Of a stretch of DNA of 64,000 nt, positions 26,591-40,206 are shown in pieces (positions within the stretch are counted from its first letter, which is position 1; every line of letters begins with the position of its first letter). The stretch is from Eledone cirrhosa. Lineage: Eukaryota. The translations under genes and the position numbers were made by a program. Below the pieces are notes generated by a model. That model worked only from the letters and a program-made list of their open reading frames with translations, was not told the DNA's origin and did no database searches. The stretch is taken from positions 81,282,001 to 81,346,000 of the forward strand of contig OZ024747.1 of the NCBI GenBank assembly GCA_964016885.1, written 5' to 3'.

Positions 26591-28857
26591 TGTATGATAC
26601 TTTATTTGGAGTAGAGATACTTGCATGCCAGAACAATATAATAATCATATTGAAGTCATACATTGTTGGTGTTTCTATTATATTTCTCACAACTGATTCA
26701 AACAAGAAATTGCACAAACCTTTCAACAGTAACTGTTACTTGGTAGTGAGGTGATGATGATGATGATTTGGGAAACAGATGGTAGGAGAAAAGATGTGTT
26801 GTGCCTTTAACAGCTTTAGTAAAATAAATGATTTTAACTGAGTATTGAAACTAAATTTCAGAATAAAAGTATAGGAATATGCATCATAGCAGAGACTATA
26901 CCACTACAAATCCCCAACATTTCCTTGTAGCTGTGAATGAAGCTTTGGGCAATGATGAATTAAAGTTGTTGTTCAAATGCCCATTTTATTGCTAGTTCAG
27001 AGCAATATAAAGTGATAAACTTCTAACCACTTGGCATCTCCCTCAATCCACTCAACAGTTGCCACAATATATAAACATTAGAGTAAAAACTTTAAAAGCC
27101 TTTCTAATTTTCTATAAGTGAAATTTGAATGGCTTAAGGCTCTCTGGAATAGTAGTGGTAATTATGGTGATGATAAAATTATTACGTGGAATGAATGCTT
27201 TTATTTTTCAATTAACTACATGCAGCAAGTGTCAAGGATTTGATTACATTCTGATGCTTGTATTCCAAAGGTAAATGGAAGGATAAATATATGACACAGC
27301 TTTTCAAATGCACTCAACTGTAATATCAACATTGTTCTTATAGCCTTAAGACAACTACCTATTATCTTATGGCTTGAAATGGTTTCATTTTCTTTACACA
27401 TTTTTAGTACATATAAAATTGACAGAACAAAATAAAAATATGAGAAAGAATTTGGACTGATGGTAGAGTATCATAAGAATGAACAGTAAGTCATTGATTC
27501 AGTCTCTTGTTGTTTTATGTTTCAAATTTAAAGAAGAAACAAATAAATATTATATATTCGAAAACATATCAAGGCAAGCTTATAATCAATGTTTCTGATG
27601 ATGCATCAACACCAAAATTCTCTGGTTTTTAATTAAAATGACATTTTATCTTATATTTTATAAAACCCTTTCCTTCTACCCCTTTAATTTGGTATTAACA
27701 AACTGACAATTCTAATAGAGTTATTGTGCTTTTTGACATACTTTCAAAACTCATCTAAGTGCAATATAATTCCTCTGAAATATCTTAACATTCTTCTCTG
27801 TCAATTATCGTTATGAGCTGTCTATTTATTTTGGCCTTCTGTGTTTTGTAAAGGGTTATGAAGAAAGGTTTTTCATTTCATTGTTTTCTTTAATGCAAAA
27901 CATACTTTATCTAAGTTTAGCATAAACAGAGCAATTCCAAATTATCTTTAAGCTCTAACTTAATATGCTCCTGCCAAGTACCCTAATCCTAGAAGGAATA
28001 TAAGAAATATCTAAAAGTAGCTTAGGATAAAATTTAACTTCTTGAGCTCCAAATAATCTCAGAATGGTTTGACATTGTATGATGCTTGATATACACAATA
28101 CTTCATCTTAATATTGAATAAAACACTATGTGGAGTGCTTGTTTGTCAATAAACATAAATTTCATGTTTTCTGTTTTATAAAATCTGAAAAGTATTTATT
28201 TTGATATCCATTTAGATTAGCTATTTTGTTTCAATGGTCATAAATAACAACATTTTTATCAGTTGATATCTCTCATCAAAAATCCTATCAAATCTTCATA
28301 ACTTCTTTTCTAACTCTGATAGGGAAATCCATGTTTATGCATCAATAGAATCTAAATTGGATTTACTTAATTCTTTCTTTGATGTAGACCAAGTATAGAT
28401 AAATTGTGTTTGGAATGTTCAGTTTGTCTTACATTCAGTAAACTTTGATGTAAGAGTGTCAAAAATGCCATTTAAAAACTCACTCACTGAATATTGATCA
28501 GAAGATAAGAGTTAAAGCCCTATTTATGGCTTATTTCTTCAAGGTATTGCACCTGTGCAGTTTCTATGCAACTTCATATCTGACATTACATTATTTTCCA
28601 ACAATATACATTATGACAGGTCTTTTTCTTATTATATTGGAATGCTCTTTCAGCTGATCTTCAACTGTCTGGCTTGATAAATATATTAAAATGCCATATC
28701 AAATATTTGTTTGTCAGAAACAATAGATAATAACACAATCTGGCCAACCATATTATCTATGAGCCAATGTGGAACCTCTATGTAGTCACTTGACGTTTTA
28801 GAAACAGCAGCCAAATAACACCATATCCTCTTGCAAAAGGAGGGACACTTTAAATAA

Positions 28858-29045
28858 TTGTTTCTACTTTTGGCACAAGGCCAGCAATTATTCCAGTGTA
28901 TTACTGGTGCTTTATTTTATCGACCCCATAAGGATGAAAGGTAAAGTTAACCTCGGCGGGATTTGAACTTAGACCATAAAGGGCCGTAACTCTTTGCTAC
29001 AAAAGATAGTATCAGACCCTTTACCAATACTGCCAATCCACCATT
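28858..29045 (-). mobile_element. Full-length tRNA-derived Meta-like SINE with 14-bp TSD
   Basis: GACACTTTAAATAA at 28844-28857 and 29046-29059; minus-strand B box GTTCAAATCCC followed by CCTTTCATCCTT..GGGGTCGATAAAAT. Confidence 0.85.
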
Positions 29046-29571
29046 GACACTTTAAATAAAGTAATTGATATGCTTAAAAAAAGATATTATAGTTATAGTT
29101 GGAATGTGTTTTGATTATAAGTCTATTCAGGAAAGGATGAATTGGGTTAGACAACAACAATATTTGTTATACTATTTACAATATTTTGCTTCATTAGAAA
29201 ATTCCTGTCTAGTCTCACTGTCTGTAAGCAAGTGTTTTCTATAAAATATATTATTTACACAATTACAAAGTAAAAACAAAATAGAACGTCATTAAATACA
29301 ACCTAAAATGAACCCCCAATATCAAATTTTGTATTGTTTGGTAGGTTAACTGTATCACATTTATTTGATTCAAATTCAGTATTTACCAAATTGGTAGCAA
29401 ATAGATAATTATAAACAATTATGGACGATGGGTGTAATTTTCCCAAGATTAAATTTTATATCATTTTATAATTCCTCCATAGACAACAAATACCACTAAT
29501 ATATCATTAATTTATGTTATAACATTTGCCTTTAATCATATATAAACATAGAGGTATCTGTTAGTTAGCTA

Positions 29572-30105
29572 TTAATGTGGTGTGGTAAATAAATATATAC
29601 ATATACAAAAAAAAGCACCCAGCACTCACTGTAAATGAGGTTGGTGTTAGGAAGGGCATCCAGCTGTAGAAATCAAGCCAGAATCAGTTCCAGTATGAGC
29701 AAGACAAGGTCAGCTGACTGGACACTGCCCACAACAGGACAACCTGTCTAACCCATCCTAGCATGGAAGAACAGGTGTAAAACGGTGATGATGATGAAGT
29801 TGATGATGATATATATCAGGTCCGACTAGAATGGAACAGAACTCCCACTGTCACTGCCTGCATCTCTCCCACTCTTCCTACCTCTCACTATTATGAGCAT
29901 ATGGGGGCTCATGTACTGGCCACCCTATGGCCCTGGTGGAGAGAATAATGAAGGCATTTCCCCAGAGGATGGTAAGGGAGATGCACTTGAAGAGACATTC
30001 CACCTTGCAAGGCTCACACCTGCGGGTAGCCAACTCCGTGCCAATGGTGCTGAGTAGGGAGGTGATCTTTGGGCCAAGGACGCTAGAGGTCTCCAATGAA
30101 TTAGG
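29572..30105 (-). mobile_element. CRE-clade (restriction-like endonuclease) non-LTR retrotransposon 3' remnant, interrupted by an RTE tail
   Basis: Peptide ETSSVLGPKITSLLSTIGTELA..LFKCISLTILWGNA resembles the CRE C-terminal ET.G..G...QRIS.AIQRGNA motif; second 3' end at 52541-52652. Confidence 0.6.
29606..29810 (+). mobile_element. RTE 3'UTR/tail insertion
   Basis: Matches 6322-6518. Confidence 0.88.
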
Positions 30106-30114
30106 ACCTTTTGC

Positions 30115-30330
30115 TTAACCCCTTAGCCTTTACATTACTCTATATTTACTATCATATTTTCACGATAAAGACTTTATCTCACATAATATTGAATCTATGA
30201 AATTTCGATATTATCTATTTTGAGAACAATACTTTAACATTAGTATGAGTGGTCGGTTAAAGCCAGTTTAAACAGAAAGAGTTGAGAGAATTCTGGCTGG
30301 ATATGGCTGGTTTAAATACTAAAGGGTTAA
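30115..30330. mobile_element. piggyBac-like MITE (inverted relative to 10942-11162)
   Basis: TTAACCCCTTAG...CTAAAGGGTTAA termini. Confidence 0.68.
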
Positions 30331-31253
30331 AGAACTAAATCTATGTTTCTCTATCGTGAAAGCATTAAATGTATCAATATTTAAGTATGAATTAGTTCTT
30401 CAGTCATCATAAAAATATTTACAGCATTATTTATGCTAGTAAATATATCAATGATCTGTGTTTATGTTAAAAAGATGTTATTTGAAAAGCAATAATGATG
30501 AATCATGTCAACGGCCCTTTGTATTCAAATAAAAAAACGTTTTAACATTTTTATAACGACAGAAAAATCTTCTAGATGATTACCTAATTATATTCAGTAC
30601 TAACCGAAACATAAGTTGTTCAAATTTGCCAAAGTATCTAACCTCGAGAAATATGTATATTAATGTCAAAAAGGAAAAAGTAAAAGAAACTTTTGAAATA
30701 TGTTAAAAAAATTTAATAAAAATACAAAATGAAAAGCAAAAATAAGAAGGATTCTGACAAGATTGAGCAAATCTAAAATAGACAGTATTTCCAGGAGTGC
30801 TAATAACTCGATGTATGGATACTACTGGCATGGTGATATCTTTTTTCTTTGATTTTTTTTTTTTTATATATATCAACATTAATAAATGTAGATTGCCACA
30901 AGGATATAAATTTTATGATGGAGAGATATAATTTATTGAATCAACTCCAGGAAAAATATATATTTATCTTATCAAACACAGAAGAATAAAGGTAAGTACT
31001 ATTGAGCTTGGTGTAATTAAAACTAAGAATGTAAAGGAAGAACATTAGATATTGTAAGACATCTAGTACTGCAACTCTAAATGAAGTTGATCAAGAATAA
31101 ATAAGCATGTTTAACATGGTATAATTGTATATGACCATGCCAGAGCACAGCTTAAATAACACCAGTTCTTAGAGGGGTAAAATCCAGCTGTCTGACGAGT
31201 GTACAAAATACTGACATTGATACAAACATCTCTCTCTCTCTCTGTATGTGTGC

Positions 31254-31296
<43 letters not shown>

Positions 31297-31694
31297 GGTC
31301 TTTTGCAGTTTCCATCTACTTAAATCCAATCCTAGGGTATTGAACAACATAAAGCTATAATAAGTGATACTTGCTCAAGGTGCCTAGTTTAGTGACTTTT
31401 GATGGCTGTTCCTTCTTAAAATAGCTATGAAGTACAGTAATAGTTCACATAGGATTTGAAACAACAGCCAAAAAACATTTGTTGTAACATAACATCCTAT
31501 TCTCTTAACACTTTCAGTACCAACAACATACTGGTACTTCTTTTAACCCACCATCACTTTTGTGCCAAAGATATACTGATACATTTTAATTTCCTCCATG
31601 ATTAATTAGGCACCTCTTAATCCACTATACCCCCTTCCATGCACCCCTTACACCAGCCTCCCACTTCTGCCCACAACACCCTTACTCTGTAATG

Positions 31695-32030
31695 TTATGT
31701 TGGTATCACAAAAACATCCAGCCCGCACTGTAAAGTGGCAGTGTTGGTATCATGACAGAAAGCACCCAGCCCACATTGTAAAGTGTTCATGTAGGAGACA
31801 CAGCAAAAAGCACCCAGCACACACTGTAAAGTGGTCATATAGAAGACATGACAAAAAGCACCCAGCACTCAGTGTAAATATGGTTGGCATTAGAAAGGGC
31901 ATCCAGCCATAGAAATCTAGCCAGAAACAGTCCTATACGGGTAAGACACGGTCACATGACCTAACTTGCCATCTAACCCATGCTAGCATGGAAAATAGAC
32001 GTTAAATGATGATGATGATGATAATGATGA
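31695..32030 (+). mobile_element. RTE 3'UTR fragment with four tandem ~48-bp units
   Basis: AAAAGCACCCAGC(C/A)CACACTGTAAAGTGG-like unit x4, terminal hairpin and (GAT)n. Confidence 0.8.
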
Positions 32031-33975
32031 AGCACAGATTCAAACAAAGTAAATAAAGCAAATTTGAAATAAATATCTCCTATTTTCCACAATGTTTTTA
32101 AAAGCACAAAAATTAATGTGTAATATCAGCCTGGAGCAGCAGAATACCAGAAATGACACCAGGCACTCAAAGAATTAAATATTTTTAATATTAACTAATT
32201 TCACTGACAGCACTCACTTAAAGCAGAGTAAAAACTAATTCATGTCTAAGCATGCACTTCTCTCATTAAAGCCCCCAGCCTTCTCTACTGATTTACTTGA
32301 AATGAAGCATATGTAATTCTGTATCACCTAGGTCTCTACTGTTGTCAGAATTACATCAATTCAAGTACACCCGAAGTAAGTAGAGATATATATTTGTTAC
32401 ATATTTGTTCCAGTGTTCAGTGGTTTTCTCTTCTTAGTGGTATTTTAATTATTAATCCCTCATATAACAACTTTTCTAAATATCTAATGAAAGGCATACA
32501 CAAGAAAAACAATTAAATCCTAAAAGTCAAAAGATTAAATTCCCATTATATCTACAAGGATGCATCATAGCATTAACATTGAGTGGAGTGCATTTATGAC
32601 AGCTGAGCTCCTGAAGAAGAGCAAACTAAGATTAAGTCAGGGCAGAGTGAATGTAAAAATCTGAAGTGTTTGTAATATACTTATTGCTTTTCCTCACATT
32701 TCCTCTACATATCCAAATACCTTACCAGAGATTTCAGCGATACTATATCGATAAAATAAAATACAAAAATATTCCACCTATCTATATGAAATGAAAAAAA
32801 GCCCTTTAATTTAATTCCTAAATTTAAAAATAATATGCTTACATTAAATATGACCTCAGTTAGAAAATGACAATTGAATGTATCATTCAATGAGTTACTT
32901 TCTGTAGTAGTTTTGTTCAAACAGCAATAAATGTGGCTACTCAATGCTTCATGGTAGCATGACATGAGTCTTGATTTCAGAGTATCTGCAAATACTCTAT
33001 ACTCTATTGAATGAGTAATATTAATAGTGTGCATGAACATTATTTAACAGAGAAATACTAGATATAAGAAGAAGCCAATGTAATATAAGAAAGAAGACTG
33101 AATTGTTATGGACATGTGATGTGTATGTCAGCTGTATAAAGTGTAGAGTAATCTCAATGGATAGGACAATCCAAATATATGAATTTTAAACACAGAAACT
33201 ATTGATATTTTTATTTTTTACACATTAATGTGCAATGTTTCGTGATGGGAACAATCAAGTTTAAATTAATTTGTCCCCAGATGTGCTACACAAAACTGTC
33301 TGATAGAGCTCAATGCTATATGGCCTTCTGTCAATCGTGTAAGCATTAGAAGAATAGCAAGATGTATTTACATAAAATATGAAATGCAATGAAAAGGTAG
33401 GCAGAGATATGAGGAAGGAATACAATATACAATGAGGGAAACAGACATTGATAATAAACAAATGTATAAGTTTGAGAGGAATAAACTAAATATAAATCAG
33501 AGAGGAGTTTGAAGGGAGGAGTATAGAAGGCCATGATAAAGAGAGAATAAGAAAAGGGAAATAAGAAATACTGGAGAGAATGAGCAATAATGAAAATTGA
33601 AAAGAAGAAAATGGAGAAATACACTAATGAGTGTGTGAGAGAGTGAGAAAGAGAAGTGGAAATGAAAGGTACATACCATAGAGACAAAAGAAGCTATAAA
33701 AGAAATGAGATATTCTCAGAAGTTCTACATGTTTGTCAATTGGGATTTCCCCAAATGTTGGGAAGAAATTTAGTTTATTTATTTATGTGACAAAGATTAG
33801 AAGCATTAAGCTGTATTTTTTATGCTATATAAAGCAAGATCGTGTAATTGTGTTGCATTCTGAACACATACACCAAAATATGCTTCTGAAATGTTTCAAG
33901 ATGGAAAGAAATATTTTAATGCAGAAATGTCTTTTGATTTAAAGGGTTTTCTCAAACTAAAGCTCATTTGTTTCT

Positions 33976-34210
33976 TTTCACCATTTCAGTAAATTATTTC
34001 TACTGAAAGACATTGCATATAATTTTGAAATATTTTTGATAATAATCAAGAATTTAAAAGTATGTAGTAATATAACTAACTTTCCCATTGTTAAACTGGT
34101 GTTTGAACATAGCTTAATAAAAGTTCTTAAATAAATAGAAACATAAAATAAACAGCTTTGTATCCTAGAACAAAAAATGGTTTCAGGCAGTTTGGTGTCG
34201 AAAGGATTAA
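33976..34210. mobile_element. Degenerate MITE of the 26335 family
   Basis: TTAAACTGGTGTTTGAACATAG and CAGTTTGGTGTCGAAAGGATTAA shared with 26335-26590. Confidence 0.5.
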
Positions 34211-35234
34211 ATAATTCTATTGATTTTTGCAGGTTTCATTTATTTTGTCTTTCTTAAATTTCTTATATTCTAGCATTCAGAAGATGATGGAAATAGAGCC
34301 AGTGATAAATGTTGTGAAGAGAAATGGAATGAGATGATTGGGTCATGTGTTGAGGAAGGATGAAAGAAACTGGGTGAGAGGAGTGTTAGGAATAGAGTCA
34401 GTGAAATATATTGTGAAGAGAAATGGAATGAGTGGACTGGGTCATGTGACGGTGAAAGGAGTGAAGGAAATGAATGAGGAAAGAAGACCAAGAAAGCAAA
34501 AAAATAGAGGGAGAAATCAAAGTTTGTGTATAATTAGGATATATATATATACATGCATATATGTTTATATGCATAAATGTATGTGTATCTTTGTGTGTGT
34601 ATATTTAATATAGATGATTTTATGTTATATATGTACATATATATTTATATGTGTTTGCATGTGTGCACAATTGTTTCTCTATATATGTATACATGGCTGT
34701 GAGGTTAAGAGGTTCATTTCTCAACATCCTACTTTGTATTCTGTGTTATCTTCTGAACTCTCTTCTACTATAGCCTTTGCCTGACTAATGACATGTGAGT
34801 GGAATGTGTTAGATAGAAACACATATCTGTGTATATGTCACTGAACAATGAAACTATTGACAAAAAACTAATAAAAAGGTGGTCTTGAATGGAAATACCA
34901 TTGAGCTGTCCCAAAAATGACTTGTCCTACTTGGTAACATGGATAGTGTGAATGAGTGATGGGCCTATTGGAAAAGTAACCAACAATTCCATTTCTTTGA
35001 CAGTTAATTAGAAAACGTATAATATATATGTGTGTGTGTATATATATATATATGTTTGTGTGCATATGTATATATATATATATATTGAGAGAGAGAGAGA
35101 GAGCGAAAGAAAAGAGCGAGAGAGAGAAAAGAGAGAGAAAGATATTCATTTTATTAAGGCTAAATAGTGAGTCCTGTTACTCGAGTCTTATCTGCTTCTC
35201 ACTGTCAACTACAACATACGGATATTTATATATA

Positions 35235-35465
35235 TCATCATCAACGTTTAACATCCATTTTTATATGCTAGCCTGGGTTAGACAAGTTGTCCTGTGGTGA
35301 GAAATGTCAGGTCAAGTGATCATGTCTTGTTCGTACATAACTGATTTTGGCTTGCTTTCTACAGCTGGATGCCCTTCCTAATGCCAACCAAATTTCAGTG
35401 AGTACTGGAAGTTAAGTTTTTTGTCGTGACTCATACACAAACACTTTACAATGGTGGCTGGGATG
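35235..35465 (-). mobile_element. RTE 3'UTR/tail fragment
   Basis: TTTCTACAGCTGGATGCCCTTCCTAATGCCAACC motif, (CAT)n tail. Confidence 0.75.
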
Positions 35466-35883
35466 AAAAGAAACTGGGGGAATTAAGGGTAGTTCAGGCA
35501 TCAGAGCTTTTAAAAGTCAAAGTTTAAGAAAGCCATGTATACTATCCCTGGCTTTCTTAAAATTTAAATATAAATACACACACACACACACATATGCATT
35601 TGGGCCCAGGTCTGTTTTTATCATTTATTTTGTTTGACCTGTTTAGCTTGAATTGTTTTTTGGCTTAGGTGGTTAATGCCTTCTTGACCACTTTTTCAGT
35701 TTGTATGGCGTTTTAACATATTGTTTAGCTATTGTTTTCTTAACTATTGGAGCGCTTACCAGCATATCTACTATTTTGCGTTTCGTTTCGCTTTTTCTAC
35801 CCGCCGAAATGCGATTCTCGCTGAATTTATATTTATATATATATATATATAGATATATACACATACACACATACATACATATA

Positions 35884-36064
35884 TATTTAATATAGAAATG
35901 GCTTCTACAGGACTAGAACTGTTTCATTTGGAAAAAAATCATCAGGAAAGTCCGAATGATACAGTTCTAGTCCTGTAGAAGCCATTTCTATATCAAATAT
36001 TTATACTCTGCTATGTTTTGAGTACCTTACTTACTGAAATTACCCCCAATTGAACCCGGGATAA

Positions 36065-36066
<2 letters not shown>
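35884..36066. mobile_element. Family C fold-back hammerhead element
   Basis: Inverted arms ~35884-35928 / 35955-36000; minus-strand CTGATGA..GAAA CAG..CTG TA GAAG; related to 62551-62758. Confidence 0.72.
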
Positions 36067-36101
<35 letters not shown>

Positions 36102-36744
36102 GAGGGGGATGGGGGAGAGAGAGACAAATATATGATGTCTAGTGATATCTGGCTATGGTTTGTTTGTTATGCATTAAAATTACATAAAACCGTAGCTGAC
36201 ATTTTGGGACAGTACTTGGTAATTTGAGAGATGAAAACATTTCGTAGATTTGGAAGATTATCTCTTCTTTTCTTTGCATACAACACAAATATATATGTTT
36301 CAAAATAAACTAGACGTACATTGTTGTACAATAATATAATGTCTACCTATACAACTTTATGTTATTGAATATCTATATATGACTTTATTTTGAACCATGT
36401 TTCAATACTTACATAGTATTTGATCCTTGATATCTACCTGCCACTCTGGGACTTAACCCTTCACACCACCCACATATAACCAGCAGAATAGAAATATATT
36501 TCTTCTTGTCTTCTCATAAAAATGTGGCTAAAATTCAAAATCTTGTTTCACATAATAACTAAAATATTTCATTAATTATTTCATTAGTTATTTTGGGATT
36601 GTTTACGGACAAGAACCTCAGTAAATAGACATTTACCTGCATACCTGCTCCATTATTCCAGAAAGTAGATTTCTCAAAATGTGCTAACTGTAATAAACAT
36701 AATTAATTGTATATATATTATATATTTTATTATATTTATTATTT

Positions 36745-36862
36745 GCTTACAGCACCTAGGTTTCCCAAGCGGTCATCCATCTAAGTACTAACTAGGCTCG
36801 ACGTTGCTTAACTTTGGTGATTGGACGAGAACCAGTGTTTTCAGCGTGATATGGCCGTAGAA
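36745..36862 (-). rRNA. 5S rRNA copy, probably a retropseudogene
   Basis: Minus strand TCTACGGCCATATCACGCTGAAAACACTGGTTCTCGTCCAATCACCAAAGTTAAGCAACGTCGAGCCTAGTTAGTACTTAGATGGATGACCGCTTGGGAAACCTAGGTGCTGTAAGC matches mollusc-type 5S; CpG-type substitutions; A-rich tail instead of an oligo-T terminator. Confidence 0.9.
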
Positions 36863-36985
36863 GTGAAGGCTGAGTAGTTAGAAAATTGGACTCTCAATCA
36901 TGAGGTTGTGAGTTTGATTCCCAGACTGGGCAATGCGTTATGTCCTTGGGCAAGACACTTTACTTCATGTTGCTCCTTTTACCTA
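36863..36985 (+). mobile_element. tRNA/CORE SINE 5' part, head-to-head with the 5S copy
   Basis: GAGGTTGTGAGTTTGATTCCC B box; TGTCCTTGGGCAAGACACTTTA CORE-like motif. Confidence 0.72.
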
Positions 36986-37607
36986 GAGTTGTGACCGATA
37001 GAAAGTATTAACAATTGGAAAGACCGATGGAAACATTGTTTCCTTGGTCCGATTTGACGAAAGTCGATTGACTATCAATTTATTATTTATTTGTTTTTTT
37101 TTATAGAAATTGAAACAGTTGAGTGGAAAAATACTAAAATAACTTTATAATAACCAGTTTTTTTACAATAGAATTAATGGTGTTAGCTATTTTGTATTAG
37201 TATTTATGTAAACATTTTTCAACTCAATAACTATTTCTTTATAAGCATATGTATTATTATTTCAAATTAATAATACTTTTTTGGTCCTTTCTTCATTTTT
37301 AGGGTCCACCACTGAAACTGAAATTATTTAACAGTTGAATTCAATGATTTCCAAGTCATGTGCCAGATTTATTTGCTACGAGTGCTTAAAACGATGACAC
37401 ATACATAGGGCATGCCATATATATTTAGATATATACATGTGAGTCTATGTGTTGGCTTGTGCACAACAATAAAGATGATCCACAGCACATTATAATTATA
37501 ATACATAGTACAGATTACATACTTTGTGAAAATCAATGTGAAGTCAGTGGCTTGTGCTATCTATGCGGTGCAACATTGTGAAAATTAGTCACCGTGAAAC
37601 AACTGTG

Positions 37608-37890
<283 letters not shown>

Positions 37891-38111
37891 ACACACTTAT
37901 GCATGTATCTGTGAGTTTACAGTTAATCAAACAAAACTTGTAGATGGGAAGAATACACACACACACACATATATATTAAGTTGTTAAACAATATTCGATG
38001 ATTATGTCAAAGAATGAGTTTTAGAGTAGATTAGAAGCACTCAACGGCAAAATAATTTTCAGGAGTTATTAATATTAAAATATAAGTATTAATAAAATAG
38101 ATGTTCTTTTG

Positions 38112-38181
38112 ATCAATTACATTTTATTATACATATTTCGGATGTACAACAGTACGTCCTCATCAGACAAAATATAATGAT
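38112..38181 (-). ncRNA. Minimal type I hammerhead ribozyme (intact)
   Basis: ATCATTATATTTTGT CTGATGA GGACGTAC tgtt GTACATCC GAAA T atgt A TA ATAAAATGTAATTGAT. Confidence 0.82.
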
Positions 38182-38389
38182 ACATGACATACCCTGAGAT
38201 GTTATATGGTTAAGATTTAATCAAGGTAGTGATTAACCTAAGAGAAGATTTTATTTATATCCCATCTATGAGAGAATTCTAAAACGTAATAAATTCATTA
38301 GAGAATGTGTGAGTAAGAAAAAACGTTGCATACTGTAATTGTTCTAAAAGTTTTAAAATGTATGCTACTATGATATATCTAGGAAAACG

Positions 38390-38570
38390 GAACTGTGGAA
38401 TTTACCGCAACTCTAGTATATCAAATAACTGCCCGCTCTGTACAATGGAGACCCTGTTGATTATTAATAATTATGAGACCCTAATTAACAAAAAAAGTGA
38501 ATTATTCTCTAGTTGCCTCCATAAAGCTATGTCCACTTTTTTAGCCTCACATAAAACGAGAAAGAAATAA
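38390..38570 (+). pseudogene. C-terminal fragment of a Penelope-type GIY-YIG endonuclease
   Basis: CxLCxxExxxI...LxNKxSELxxxCxH motif characteristic of PLE ORF ends. Confidence 0.72.
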
Positions 38571-40206
38571 ACAATTACACCAAACCAATAACAACTCGTT
38601 TACCAGGAATATATAATCAACAGTAAAAAACATTAATGACCTCTAATATTGCTTTATTTTATAACTATCTATAGAAGACACAATGCTAGAATGAATGACA
38701 ATATTTCAATTAACAAGCCTAAACTTTGATACACACAACATTATTTGTTAACTTTGATCAATACCTTCATTTCTTTATCTCCTATATATGTTTATAATTT
38801 AGTATAAAACCTAATCCTTACATATTTATGGAATTTATTTAACTGCAAATTTTTAATACATTTGTGATCCCTTTTAAATTTTAGTTTAATACCGAATCCA
38901 TAAATTTTTATGAAACTTATCTATAACTCTAAATTTTTAGTGAGTTTTTGATCTATTATTAATAGTATAATATAGAACATATTTCTTGTAAATATATTTA
39001 CTACACTATGAAATCTAAAATTTGAGACGAATTCAAACTTATATATAAATGTGGTTTTTTCGTTTTTTTTCACTGCGCTTTCGATCTCTTATTTACTTAT
39101 AATATGATTATAATTATAATATGTATGTAGTTATATATTATATTTTATATATTTTAAATATTTTTAAATATACCTACCACATTTCTATATATATGATTCA
39201 AATCTAGAGAAAATATCCAAACTAAAAATTATTATAGACATTATTTTGAACTCTGTATTATCCATGCACTCATTGTTTTTCTTATATATGTATTTGAATG
39301 TGATACGTTGATAAAATTGTAACTGTTATCATTTACCTAAAGTACACTACACTAATAATAACTAATATATATTTATATATATACATCCATATATCTAATA
39401 ATATGTTGATATCTTGGTTGAAGAACAATTAGTGCGTTTACACCCATACATAGGTGTATATTTATCCTTAACATCCTTCAATATATTATCTTATTTTATT
39501 TTTATATTCGTCGTTATTATTTACCTCAAACATACTGGATCATTAATATATACCTATATACATAATAGTTATTTAAATATTTATAATAATAAGTACTTCA
39601 AAAGCTTTACATACCTAATATGTTGGTATATTTGTTAAAGTTTGAATTTAGGTAAATAATCAACAGTATATTCATCTTTTATGTGCCAGCTAAATCCCTT
39701 AAATGTTACTCTTAAAATTCAGAAGTTTAGAAATGATAACACACTTATCGAATTTATACAAATAATATATAAATAACCAGCAAATAATCCTTAAATCTGG
39801 AGTCTTCACCCTAATATTATGAATTAAATATTTTCAAATTTAACCGTTTAACTTTCGAAAGACCCTCCTACATATCCCCCCCCCCCTACACTTTATTTTT
39901 CCCTCTTTATAAATCCTTTTCCAGTGGCTATCACTGGCTGTTATGATTCATGAGACGTTTTCCTAGATATATCGTAGTAGCATACACTTTAAAACTTTTA
40001 AAACAATTACAGTATGCAACGTTTTTTCTTACTCACACATTCTCTAATGAATTTATTACGTTTTCGCATTCTCTCATAGACGGGATATAAATAAAATCTC
40101 TTAGGTTAATCACTACCTTGATTAAATCTTAACCATATAACATCTCAGGGTATGTCATGTATCATTATATTTTGTCTGATGAGGATGTACTGTTGTACAT
40201 CCGAAA

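Noticed and set aside
31695-31900. Regularly spaced repeats resembling a CRISPR array
   Set aside because: Units are tandem LINE 3'UTR repeats with related rather than unique spacers; eukaryotic context and no cas genes
34290-34500. Duplicated RRNGM..LGHV-like LINE C-terminal fragment
   Set aside because: Too degenerate to delimit or classify confidently
35521-35562. 13-bp hairpin (also a small one at 62838-62866)
   Set aside because: Short, isolated and plausible by chance in AT-rich DNA; bacterial-type terminators are irrelevant here
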